Source: Myxococcota bacterium (GTDB lineage: Bacteria; Myxococcota_A; Polyangia; Nannocystales; Nannocystaceae). From it: a DNA stretch of 64,000 nt. Within the stretch, counting starts at the first letter, position 1. Every line of letters begins with the position of its first letter. The stretch spans positions 96,001 through 160,000 of the forward strand of contig JBCCHT010000004.1 of assembly GCA_039028615.1 (NCBI GenBank), given 5' to 3'. The notes under the pieces were generated by a model. It saw only the letters and a list, made by a program, of their open reading frames with translations, searched no databases and had not been told where the DNA came from. This document shows, in pieces, positions 19,981 to 29,393 of this stretch. Both the position numbers and the translations under genes were made by a program.

Positions 19981-22785
19981 ATGGCAACGGCCAACCGCAA
20001 CACGTTCATGCGCAGCCTCGCCAGCCGCGAGCTGCTGGTCGATACCCGGCGCCGCGAGGTCGCGCACGCGGCTGCGATGGTCTCGGCCACGTCGAGGATC
20101 GCGTCTCATGTGCTCCCGTGGATGAAGATCATCGAGCAGCTGCCGGTCTTCGAAGAGTCCTCGCGCCCCAAGGAGACCAGCAAGACCATCAAGGACATCC
20201 ACGGCAAGCAGTGGATGACGGTCCGCTACTGGCTCGATGCCGCCGACCCCGTCGTGCGCTTCAACCACGACGGCCTCACCGTCGAGCTGCAGCCGTTGTA
20301 CGGCCAGGGGCCCGTGCCCACCGTGCAGGGCCAATTCCTCCCCGTCATCGGGTGGAAGGCGACGATCGAGGGCATCTCGGGGGCGCGCAAGCGCACCATG
20401 ATCGCGAGCTGGCGCGCCGACGACAACGGCAAGTACAAGCTCACCCTGTCGTACGACTTCGAGAACGACAACGACCGCGAGCTCGTACGCAGCGCCATCC
20501 GTGGCGATGGCATCACCATCAAGACCTCGTGGAACCACCGGGCGAGCTATCGCAAGCCGACCTCCGCGACCTTTACCGGCACCAACCAGCCCTCGGGTCG
20601 CCCCACGGGTACCGGAACGGGGGGTGGGCGCACGATGGTCAGGCCTCGTGCCGCCGCCACGATACCCACGGCCACGCTCGCCACCGCCGCGACCCGGGTC
20701 GCACGGCACGGCGCCGGTTTTCGCTTCCCCGTGGGCGTCGCGGGGCTCGTAGGCGCACCTTCGCCGGTCCGACGACGCGCGAGGAAGGTCTCTGCGAAAA
20801 AAGTCTCTGCCAAGAAAGTCTCTGCGAAAAAAGTCTCTGCCAAGAAGACCGCGAAGAAGACCACTCGACGGCGGCGACGGCCGACGCGGCGCAACCCGCC
20901 CCCCCCCCGTCAGCCGCAGACCCCACCGACCCCCTACACGTTCACGCAGACCAACTCGGTCCCCATCAACGTCGCCGATCCCAGCCACGAGATGTGGCAG
21001 GACGGCCCCTCGCCCTGGAAGCCCTTCGCGCCGGCCCATAGCCGCACGATGTACTACCGCGCGACGGGCCGACCGGCGGAGTTCGAGTTTCTGCCCAGCG
21101 AGTTCCGGCTCGGCTTCGACATCACCAAAGACGTCCCCGCCCTGCTGCCGTTCGTCTACAACCCGCAGAACGACGGCGGCACGCTGCAAGAGGACAAGCG
21201 GCGCATCGAGATGCGCATGATGGCGACGCCGCACGTCGAGCCGCAGCAACGCGAGGAGCTGCGCGCCTGGATCCAAGATCGCGAGTCGGTCGAGCTGGCG
21301 TACCTGGTGCCGCCCGTCGTGCAGGGTCGCTTCGTCATCGACGTCGCGCCTCAGGGCGCCACCATCCTCGAAGAGGACGAGACGGTCGAGCTGGCCGGGC
21401 TCTTTTGGGCTGACTTCGACTTCCCGCTCGAGTCCTGGGCTCCGAACCTCGAGATGATCTCGCAGCCGGGCGGCGGCGTGGTCGGCAAGATCTTCCTCGA
21501 CATCCTGCCCGACACCGAAGGCAGCGACGTCAGCGTACCGGTGAGGCTGAGCCTCTCCGATCTGCACGCCGACGTCGTCGAAGTGCGCCAGGGCCAGCCC
21601 GATTCCGACGGCGTCCCCCGGCACTTCTTCCTGCGGAATCGACTCCAGCGACCCGTACAGCTGGACGCGCCCACCATCTATCTCGCCGCGCAGGCCACCA
21701 ATGCCGCGCTCCCCACCGGCGTGCGCAAGGGTCAGCCGGTCGGGCCCTTCGCCCCCCAGCTGGGCCCCGGTGAAGAACGCAAGGTGCACGTGCAGCCCCA
21801 ATCCGGGGAGCACGTGTGGAATACCCTCGTCGTCGACCTCGGTCGCGTCAGCGTCACCACTCCCGACGAGGGCTGGACCGACACCATCAACGTCAACGCC
21901 TCCGATGGTCAGGCGGTGTACCCGGTCACCATCCGGGCGGTGAACCTCGGCGACAGCGCGCAGCCCGTGCCGGAGTACGACTCCACGTGGGTCTCGCTCC
22001 AGCCCCTGCAGGGCACGCCCGCCGATCCTCCCGACGGCCGCCTCGAGCGGGGCACCAAGGAGTGGTCCACCCGCATGTGGCTCGGTCTGTCCGAGCTGTG
22101 GGACCTCGAACAAGACCCCGCCAAGGCCAAGGTCCACGCGGTCGAGCTCCGCAGCGACTACGCCGACCTCGAGGGGCTGCCCCAGCGCATCTACGGCGCC
22201 GCGTCCAACGTCACCGTTCGGGTGCTCAGCACCGAGCGGCCGGACTCGAAGTACATCCTCCGCGACGAGGACCGCAACATCCTCGAAGAAGGCCTCGACC
22301 GCGCGACCACGCTGTCCCGCATCGAAGCGCGGCGCGCCGCCGACCAGGGCTGGACGCTCAGCGTCGTTCCGGTTCCGGGCCAGCCCGCGGAAGAAGAGAA
22401 CGACGACGACGACGATCGCAACGCCACCAACGACGGCGACACCACCACCGACGACGGCAACGACACCACCACCGACGACGGCGATCCCCCCACGGAGACG
22501 CAACCCGCCGGGCCGTCCATCGTCATCAACCCGATCACGTTGGATTTCAACGTGCTCCAGATGGTGTTCGTCACCCTCACCATCGGCGAGGGCGATGGTT
22601 CCGTCACCCGCACCTTCCGCTTCGACGCTGGCTCCACCGCCGCACAGGAGTGGGCCCCCGCCCGAGAGCCCGGCACCCCCGTGCGCTCCAAGACGGTATT
22701 CATGTTCAAGGACGGCACCAACCACATGACGCCCACGACCCAGGTCGACGGCGACATGGTGTTGGTGATGATGCCCGACACCTGA
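19981..22785 (+). CDS. Divergent array-associated protein F (934 aa) with H1-like basic insert and one C-terminal family repeat
   Basis: 13 bp after E; internal YYR..EFEFLPSEFRL..P resembles the family N-terminal motif; last ~90 aa match the beta-repeat pattern. Confidence 0.85.
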   Translation: MATANRNTFMRSLASRELLVDTRRREVAHAAAMVSATSRIASHVLPWMKIIEQLPVFEESSRPKETSKTIKDIHGKQWMTVRYWLDAADPVVRFNHDGLTVELQPLYGQGPVPTVQGQFLPVIGWKATIEGISGARKRTMIASWRADDNGKYKLTLSYDFENDNDRELVRSAIRGDGITIKTSWNHRASYRKPTSATFTGTNQPSGRPTGTGTGGGRTMVRPRAAATIPTATLATAATRVARHGAGFRFPVGVAGLVGAPSPVRRRARKVSAKKVSAKKVSAKKVSAKKTAKKTTRRRRRPTRRNPPPPRQPQTPPTPYTFTQTNSVPINVADPSHEMWQDGPSPWKPFAPAHSRTMYYRATGRPAEFEFLPSEFRLGFDITKDVPALLPFVYNPQNDGGTLQEDKRRIEMRMMATPHVEPQQREELRAWIQDRESVELAYLVPPVVQGRFVIDVAPQGATILEEDETVELAGLFWADFDFPLESWAPNLEMISQPGGGVVGKIFLDILPDTEGSDVSVPVRLSLSDLHADVVEVRQGQPDSDGVPRHFFLRNRLQRPVQLDAPTIYLAAQATNAALPTGVRKGQPVGPFAPQLGPGEERKVHVQPQSGEHVWNTLVVDLGRVSVTTPDEGWTDTINVNASDGQAVYPVTIRAVNLGDSAQPVPEYDSTWVSLQPLQGTPADPPDGRLERGTKEWSTRMWLGLSELWDLEQDPAKAKVHAVELRSDYADLEGLPQRIYGAASNVTVRVLSTERPDSKYILRDEDRNILEEGLDRATTLSRIEARRAADQGWTLSVVPVPGQPAEEENDDDDDRNATNDGDTTTDDGNDTTTDDGDPPTETQPAGPSIVINPITLDFNVLQMVFVTLTIGEGDGSVTRTFRFDAGSTAAQEWAPAREPGTPVRSKTVFMFKDGTNHMTPTTQVDGDMVLVMMPDT
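20785..20844 (+). repeat. 15-bp coding repeat x4 encoding KVSAK
   Basis: aa(g/a)gtctctgc(g/c)aa(a/g) repeated four times. Confidence 0.92.
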
Positions 22786-22796
22786 GGCCGACGCGG

Positions 22797-24995
22797 GTGA
22801 GCGCGACTTCGTCTCCTCCGACTTGCCCGGGCTGTGACCGCCCCGTCGAGCCCTCGGAGGAGGCATGCCCGGCCTGCGGCCTACCGCTGGTGATCGCGGG
22901 ACGCTATCGGCTCCACGAGCGACTGGGGCGCGGCGGCATGGCTTCCGTCTACGGCGCCCAGAGCATCGACGACGACGCTCCGGTGGCCGTGAAGCTGATG
23001 CGGCTGGCCGATCACGACGACTGGAAGCCGCACGAGCTGTTCGAACGTAGCTCTCGCGTGCTGCGACAGCTCGACCACCCGCAGCTCCCGGTGGTGCATG
23101 ACTTCTTCGAGTTCGACGATGGTGGGCTGGCCCTCGTACGAGAGCGCCTCGACGGCGGCAGCTTGGCCTCGAGGGTCGTCGATGAGGATTGGCGCGCCTC
23201 TCCGGCCGAACTCCGCGCGCTGCTGGAGTCGTTGCTCGGCGTGCTCGAGTACCTCCACGGCCGCACGCCCCCGGTGGTCCACCGCGACATCAAGCCGTCG
23301 AACGTCATGTTCCGACACGATCGCTCGCGGCCCGCCACGGATAACCCGCCCGTCGTCGCCGACTTCGATTGCATCGCAGCCGTAGGAGCCTCTTCCTTCT
23401 CGGGCGGCAGCAGCACCATCGTCGTCTCGCCCGGCTTCACGGCGCCCGAGCAGCTCGCGGGGACGAGCTCCCCGGCCAGCGACCTGTTCAGCCTGGGCAT
23501 GACGATGGTCTTTGCGATCACCCACCGCGAACCGGACTCGTTGCCCCGCGACGACGCGGGTCGAGTACGGCTCGGCTCCGCGCTGGATGGGTTCGATCCG
23601 GCCTGCGCTCGAATCCTACGCATGTTGATCGAGCCCGATCGACGGTCGCGTCCTCCCAGCGCGACGTGGGCACTGCAGCAGCTCGAGGGCACGAGTCCAG
23701 CGAGCACCCGACAGACGCCGTCCTCCCGCGTACCGCACCGTGCCCTGATCTCGGGCCTCGTCGTCACGGCGGCGATCGTCGGCGGCGGTAGCCTGCTGTC
23801 GACCCTCAGAGACGAAGAGGCACCCGCCCCGAAGACACACACGGCTCCAGCCACCACTGCGGACGACGAGACCCCTTCGGTCGCATCCCCCGCTGCCCCA
23901 GTGCAGCCTCCGCTTCATTGCCGTCGAGACCACGAGGCCGACTGCGATGGAGCCCGCGACAACGGCTGTGAGGTAGACCTGCGAACGTCTGCCCTTCATT
24001 GCGGACGCTGCGAACACTCGTGTGACCCACAGCAGGTGTGCCGTGCGGCAGAGTGTTCGGCTCGAATCACCGCCTTCGCCGTCGGTAGCGGTGGGCACTG
24101 CGAACAACGCAGCGACGGAAGCCTGTGGTGCAGCGACGGGCTGCGCTCGGAGCTGCGGCAGGTGGACCTCCCTCATACCGTACGCTCCTTCGACATCGAG
24201 AGGCATCGCTGCGCCATGGCAGAGGGGGGCCAGCTGTACTGCTGGGGCGACAATGGCGTGGGGCAGACCGGAACCGGATCGAAGCGGCGCAAGGAGCCCG
24301 CGCCGCTGGTACTCGAGGGACTCCACCACGTCACGCAGGTCTCCCTCGGTCGCCACACGGGGTGTGCCGTCGCCGAGGGCCAAGCCCACTGCTGGGGCTC
24401 GTCCCTCAGCTTTGCGGTGATCGGGACTCCCGAGGAGTATTCGGCGCGCACCCCCATCGTGGTCGCCGGCATGGACGACGTAACGAGCCTCGACAGCGGC
24501 CCCATGCACGTCTGCGTGATTCGACCGGAATCGGTGTGGTGCTGGGGCGATGGTCGAGGCGGGGCCACCGGAGACCCTTCGCGCCCCCAGGGCAGCCGCC
24601 CCACGAAGATCGAGGGCCTCACGGACGCGACCTCCCTCGCCCTCGGTCGCGATCATTCGTGCGCCGTGCGCTCCGCGGGCACGGTCGCCTGCTGGGGGAC
24701 GAACGCCGATGGCCAGCTCGGTGACGGGACGACCGAAGACCACACGACCCCCGTCGAGCTGAGCGTGGTCGACGTGGTGGAGCTTCGCAGCGACCACGCG
24801 CGAACCTGTGCCCGACAGTCCTCGGGCGCCGTCCACTGCTGGGGAGACCCCACGGCCACCGACCACCTCCCCTACCCCGTGGAGCTTCCGGGAGCCGCCA
24901 CGCAGATCGCCATGCAGCGCGACACCTTGTGGGCGCTGGTCGACGGCCGCCTCGTGACGCAACGCGCGGGCAAGGCCGCCCGCGCGAAGGACTAG
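22797..24995 (+). CDS. Transmembrane Ser/Thr kinase with N-terminal zinc ribbon and C-terminal Cys-rich and RCC1-repeat domains
   Basis: GTG 22797, 11 bp after F; CPGC..CPAC; LGRGGMASVY, VAVK, HRDIKPSN, DFD, APEQ; repeated CWG.N..GQ.G.G. Confidence 0.92.
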   Translation: MSATSSPPTCPGCDRPVEPSEEACPACGLPLVIAGRYRLHERLGRGGMASVYGAQSIDDDAPVAVKLMRLADHDDWKPHELFERSSRVLRQLDHPQLPVVHDFFEFDDGGLALVRERLDGGSLASRVVDEDWRASPAELRALLESLLGVLEYLHGRTPPVVHRDIKPSNVMFRHDRSRPATDNPPVVADFDCIAAVGASSFSGGSSTIVVSPGFTAPEQLAGTSSPASDLFSLGMTMVFAITHREPDSLPRDDAGRVRLGSALDGFDPACARILRMLIEPDRRSRPPSATWALQQLEGTSPASTRQTPSSRVPHRALISGLVVTAAIVGGGSLLSTLRDEEAPAPKTHTAPATTADDETPSVASPAAPVQPPLHCRRDHEADCDGARDNGCEVDLRTSALHCGRCEHSCDPQQVCRAAECSARITAFAVGSGGHCEQRSDGSLWCSDGLRSELRQVDLPHTVRSFDIERHRCAMAEGGQLYCWGDNGVGQTGTGSKRRKEPAPLVLEGLHHVTQVSLGRHTGCAVAEGQAHCWGSSLSFAVIGTPEEYSARTPIVVAGMDDVTSLDSGPMHVCVIRPESVWCWGDGRGGATGDPSRPQGSRPTKIEGLTDATSLALGRDHSCAVRSAGTVACWGTNADGQLGDGTTEDHTTPVELSVVDVVELRSDHARTCARQSSGAVHCWGDPTATDHLPYPVELPGAATQIAMQRDTLWALVDGRLVTQRAGKAARAKD

Positions 24996-25002
24996 CCACC
25001 CC

Positions 25003-27174
25003 TCACAGCTTGATGACGAGCAGCGGGCTGGTGGACTCGCCCGCGCGCAGCTCGTTCTCGCCTTCGATGCCGATCGAGGTCACCGTGTACGAGTAGGCGA
25101 GCTGCCCGTCTTCGTCGAGCGGGAGATCGACCGTGGCCTGGGGCGAATCGGCGGCGGTCATGAGCACGGCGAAGGGCTCGTCGTCGACCATCAGGTCGAT
25201 GCGCACGGCGAGCGCATCGCCGAAGGCCCCCAACCGCGCGATGCGGATCTGCTTGGTGCGCCGCGGCTTGGGCCCGAGCACGACGACGGGGCGCTCGAGC
25301 GGCTCCCAGTCGTCGGACTGCTCGACGGTGCCGTCGGCGAATTGGATCAGGCGACTGACCTCGAAGGCCCGCTTCTGCGGATCGAGCAAGGGAACCTGCA
25401 CCGCGACGGCCTCGGGCGGGGAGCCGGGGTCGAAGCGCAGGGTCTTCTCGAAGACGTGGTCCTCGTCCATGTAGCGTAGGGCCACCTCCCCCCACAGCAC
25501 GGCTTGCCAGTCGAGGTTGGGGAGCACTCGAACCTCGAGCACGTCGCGGAAGGGCCCGAGCGCGACGAGGTGATCGCCCTCGAGGTCCTCCCACTTGCCT
25601 TCCTGGGGTACGCCGTCGCCGTCGAGCCAGTCGATGCGGACCTGGACCGGGATCCGGCCCTCGCCCGCGGGCTGGCGTACGCGCCAGGTGGTCTCGGGCG
25701 TGGCCTCGTCGAGCACGATCTCGTGGCTGAGTTCGGTGTCGGGCACGGCGAGCGACACCCGGAAGCCGGTGACCGAGCCCGCCACCAGCGGTCCGGCCAC
25801 CAGGCGGACGGCGCGGGAACGGAAGTGGTCTTGGGGCTGCACCACCAGCTGACGACTGGTGCTCTCGAAGGGGCCGACGGAGATGGAGCCTGGTCCCTGC
25901 CCGTTCGTATCGTCGAAGCTCAGATCCACCGACCAGCGGTAGGTGTCGTCGCGCGGGCCATCCATCGCATCGGTGAACACGGCCGGCTCGACCGCGTCCG
26001 CGTTGAACGCAAAGGAGGTCCGGTCTTCGCCGTGGGCGAGGTGCACCACGACCTCGCGCAGGTCGGGATAGGAATCGAAGTCGATGGCCGGACGCAGCGT
26101 CACCCGGAGGTGATCGAAGAAGTCGTCGTCGGTGTCGATCTCGAGGACCTTGGGGGTCTCGCCCTCTTCTTCGTCCCACTGGTTGGTCAGCAGGCCCACG
26201 CAGGTGTGGATGAGCGACACGGCGGAGCGGCCGCTCCACTCCATGCGGAAGGTCTTGAGCTCGTCGGTGCGCTGGTACTTCAGCTTCCCCACGAACATCG
26301 CCGACGACGCGGTCGGCTCGCCGTCGCCGAGGATGGAGGTCAGCATGTTGGCCAGGGCCCCGCCCTGACTACCCGCGGTGGGGGATGGCGGCATGCCGGG
26401 CTGGAAGAAGTCCTGGGCGACCCGCATGCGCACCAGCTCATCGACCAGCTGTCGCTGCCACTTGTGGTCGGCTTCGGAGCTGAACTCGGTGATCTGGATG
26501 TCGATGTAGCCGTTCTCTCGCAGCCACGCGAGCTCGGCGTCGAGCTCGACGCGGACCGCCGAATACTCGAAGCCGATCGAGGCGGCGAAACGATCGTAGA
26601 CCCGGTCGTAGTCCATCTTGACCGTGGCGTGCAGCGCGGGCAGCAAGCCGTCGAAGCCGAACTCGTAGGTCATGCCGGCCGGGACCGCGCCGCCGGCCAC
26701 CGCCTGCTCGATGAGGGCCGCGCCCTCGGCCGTGAGGTCCAGAGCAAAGGTCGCCCGGTGCGGAGCGGCGGGCGAGACCGGGACTTCGCTGCGGGCCACC
26801 GTGATCATGCCGTCGTCACGGTTGTCGCCGATGAGCAGCTGCGCCTTGCCGCTGAGGAACAGGGGCTGGGACACGCGAGCGTTCTGGCGCCCGGCGAGGC
26901 GGCTCACCTCCGTGCGCAGCGCCTCGAGCTCGTTGTCGGCGATCGAGGCGTCGGAGGTCAAAAAGGCCATGCCCGCGCCGACCGCCCGGGTGGGATCGAG
27001 CTCGGGGTTGTCGGTCAGGTCGCGCCGATACTTGTAGAGCACGAACTCCGGGCCCTCTTCGCCGCGGGAGAGGCGAGCCCGCGGGGGCAAGGCGTAGAAC
27101 TGATCGGGGTCCTCGTGGTCTCGCAAGACCGTGGTCCCGCGCACCGAGTAAAAGGGCGGTTCGAGAGTGATCAC
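25003..27174 (-). CDS. Paralog-array protein G (723 aa)
   Basis: MITLEPPFYSVRGTTVLRDH..FYALPP; FVLYKYRRD; GLLPAL; DDFF. Confidence 0.9.
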   Translation of the reverse strand: MITLEPPFYSVRGTTVLRDHEDPDQFYALPPRARLSRGEEGPEFVLYKYRRDLTDNPELDPTRAVGAGMAFLTSDASIADNELEALRTEVSRLAGRQNARVSQPLFLSGKAQLLIGDNRDDGMITVARSEVPVSPAAPHRATFALDLTAEGAALIEQAVAGGAVPAGMTYEFGFDGLLPALHATVKMDYDRVYDRFAASIGFEYSAVRVELDAELAWLRENGYIDIQITEFSSEADHKWQRQLVDELVRMRVAQDFFQPGMPPSPTAGSQGGALANMLTSILGDGEPTASSAMFVGKLKYQRTDELKTFRMEWSGRSAVSLIHTCVGLLTNQWDEEEGETPKVLEIDTDDDFFDHLRVTLRPAIDFDSYPDLREVVVHLAHGEDRTSFAFNADAVEPAVFTDAMDGPRDDTYRWSVDLSFDDTNGQGPGSISVGPFESTSRQLVVQPQDHFRSRAVRLVAGPLVAGSVTGFRVSLAVPDTELSHEIVLDEATPETTWRVRQPAGEGRIPVQVRIDWLDGDGVPQEGKWEDLEGDHLVALGPFRDVLEVRVLPNLDWQAVLWGEVALRYMDEDHVFEKTLRFDPGSPPEAVAVQVPLLDPQKRAFEVSRLIQFADGTVEQSDDWEPLERPVVVLGPKPRRTKQIRIARLGAFGDALAVRIDLMVDDEPFAVLMTAADSPQATVDLPLDEDGQLAYSYTVTSIGIEGENELRAGESTSPLLVIKL

Positions 27175-27196
27175 GTCGATGGCCTCGCGGGGTGCC

Positions 27197-29377
27197 TCAG
27201 GTCAGGGGAAAAACGGCGATGAGCGCGGTGGTGGTCACCGGGTCGAGCTCTTCGCTCGTGCCGTCCATGGCGATCTTGGTCAGCTGATAGGACCACTGCT
27301 TGACCTCGGGGTCGCGCTGGGGGAAGCGCCACTTTTGGGGCTGAGCCACCGATCGGATCAAGCGCTCTTCCTCGACCTGCACGTCGTTGTCGGGGTCCTC
27401 GTATTCGAAGCGAACCTTGATGCCCAGCAGGCCGGCCGAAGCGAGCGTAGCCCCCAGGATCATCAGCTGCACCTCGCGGAGCTGGGCGATGCCCGTGCCG
27501 ACCACCAGCCGCGTCCCCATCGAGGGCAGCCACTCCCCCTCTTCGACCTCGTTGAGCATGCTGTGCGAGGTCACGCGGTAGGACCACCCTCGCTCCTCGG
27601 GCTCGGGCAGCGGCACCGACCAGGTCGCGAAGGGTTTGTCTCGGTCGAGCACCAGCGTCTGGACCTCGTCCTCGTTGGAGTCGAGGCGAAGCTCGACGAT
27701 GAGCCGCGCGACCTCGGTGCCGAACATCGCCGAGCCGAGCACCTGCACGTCGAGCACGTCGGGATGCGGATGACCAACCACCATCGTGCCCGGCTCCACC
27801 GTCTCCCAGTCGCGGGCCGTCTCGTCGCCGGACTCGTCGACGTAGCGCACCCGAGCCCGCACGCCGACCGCCTCCTCGGCGCCGACCCGAATGCCCATGG
27901 TGGCCTCGCGCCCCGTGGCGGAAAGCTCGTGAGTTCGCACGATGGAGCCGCCCGCCGCGGTATCGAAGGCGACGTCGACGATGACGGTGGGGTAGTCCTC
28001 GAAGGGCACCCCGAGCGCCACCACGCGTAGATCGACGCGGCGGAACAGCTCGCGCGGATCGACCCGCAGCACCCGGTCGTCGGTCTTCCACTGCGCCTGC
28101 TCGAGCGCCGCCGCCGGCCCGTCGTCGGAGGCGGGCAAGTGCGCCGTATAGGCCACGCCCACCTCGGGCCCCTGCTCGGCGTCGAACCAGAACTTCACCT
28201 GCGCCCGGGGCTCGGCCGCGGTCAGCAACAGCCGCTCCTCGCGTTCACCGTAGCTCATGCGAACTTCGACGGACTCGATGCCTTCTTTGGCCATGTCGAC
28301 GGCGCAGCCGACATCGAACTCCATCTCGGGGTTGGGACCCGGCTCGACCTCGAGCACGATGTCGTCGAGGTCGACCGAGCGATCCTCTCCCCACAAGCCG
28401 GTCAGGATGCCCTGCGGAGCCAGGGTGAGGTGCTCGGCCCGAGCGGCCCGCATCTCCCAGGTCAGCGTCTTGAGCTCGTTCCGATCGACCGAGCGCAGGC
28501 TATAGGTGACGGCGAACAGGCCCACCACGTCGCCGACCGCCCGAGAGATGGCGTCGAGGTTGCCTTCGGTGTCGACCCCGGTCGGCGCCTGGCCCAGGGT
28601 CGGCCGAAAGAACTCCTCCAAGACATGGTCGAGCACTTGCTTGACCGCCGCGTCGTAGGCCGCGGTGTGCTGGTCCTCGGGTACGAGGTGATCGACCTCC
28701 ACCTGCACCTGCTCGCTGCGGATGAGGTCTTCGAGCATCGCCCCGATGTCGACCGCGAGCAGCAGCTTGCCGCCGTGGAGCCGGTTCTCGTAGTACTCGT
28801 AGACGTCGCGCCAGCGGGCGACCACCCGGGCCCGCAGCGCGGGGCGGATGCCCTGGGTGCGCAGCTCGTAGACCACGGCCACGGGCACATCACCGCCCTG
28901 CAGCGCCGCCTCGGCCACCGAGGTGCCCTCGGGGGAGAGCACGGCCATGAACGACGCGGTCTGGTGCCCGTACAGCGAAGGCGCCACGGCGCCGAGGATC
29001 CGCTCGGTGAGGATGGACTCGCCTTCTTGATCGTTGGCGCGGTCCATGACCACCAGGCGACACTGCCCCTGGTCGGCGGCCACAGGCACCAGCGTGGGAA
29101 GCTCGTCGAGATCGAAGCGCGTCAGCAGCCGTGATCGCAGGCTCGACAGGACCTCCTCGTCGACCCGCAAGTCGACCATGAACGACAGCAACCCGCCGCC
29201 GAGCACCTGGTGGAGCTCGGGGTCGAGCCGATACTTCACCAGCCGCAGCTCGGGCTCGTCGTCGCGCCAGACCAGCGAGGGCCGGTCGGGCAGGTAGTGG
29301 AAGAGCCCCGGATCAGCGTGATCGGGGAACAGGGTTACCCCCAGGGCGGTGAGTGCCGGGCGGCCGAGGTCGATCAT
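27197..29377 (-). CDS. Paralog-array protein H (726 aa)
   Basis: MIDLG..LFPDH..FHYLPDRP; LVKYR; GGGLLSFMVDL; GIRPAL; APQG. Confidence 0.92.
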   Translation of the reverse strand: MIDLGRPALTALGVTLFPDHADPGLFHYLPDRPSLVWRDDEPELRLVKYRLDPELHQVLGGGLLSFMVDLRVDEEVLSSLRSRLLTRFDLDELPTLVPVAADQGQCRLVVMDRANDQEGESILTERILGAVAPSLYGHQTASFMAVLSPEGTSVAEAALQGGDVPVAVVYELRTQGIRPALRARVVARWRDVYEYYENRLHGGKLLLAVDIGAMLEDLIRSEQVQVEVDHLVPEDQHTAAYDAAVKQVLDHVLEEFFRPTLGQAPTGVDTEGNLDAISRAVGDVVGLFAVTYSLRSVDRNELKTLTWEMRAARAEHLTLAPQGILTGLWGEDRSVDLDDIVLEVEPGPNPEMEFDVGCAVDMAKEGIESVEVRMSYGEREERLLLTAAEPRAQVKFWFDAEQGPEVGVAYTAHLPASDDGPAAALEQAQWKTDDRVLRVDPRELFRRVDLRVVALGVPFEDYPTVIVDVAFDTAAGGSIVRTHELSATGREATMGIRVGAEEAVGVRARVRYVDESGDETARDWETVEPGTMVVGHPHPDVLDVQVLGSAMFGTEVARLIVELRLDSNEDEVQTLVLDRDKPFATWSVPLPEPEERGWSYRVTSHSMLNEVEEGEWLPSMGTRLVVGTGIAQLREVQLMILGATLASAGLLGIKVRFEYEDPDNDVQVEEERLIRSVAQPQKWRFPQRDPEVKQWSYQLTKIAMDGTSEELDPVTTTALIAVFPLT

Positions 29378-29393
29378 GGGAGTCCCTTCCTAC

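Noticed and set aside
21816..22796. 327-aa N-terminal extension of the RCC1 kinase ORF
   Set aside because: Arg-rich off-frame read overlapping gene F; the plausible start is GTG 22797
13060..22866. Long antisense ORFs (13060..15549, 15919..17550, 17634..19733, 19933..22866; likewise 29349..31568 and 42719..45217)
   Set aside because: Shadow frames of high-GC genes; the opposite strand carries the motifs, RBS and codon bias
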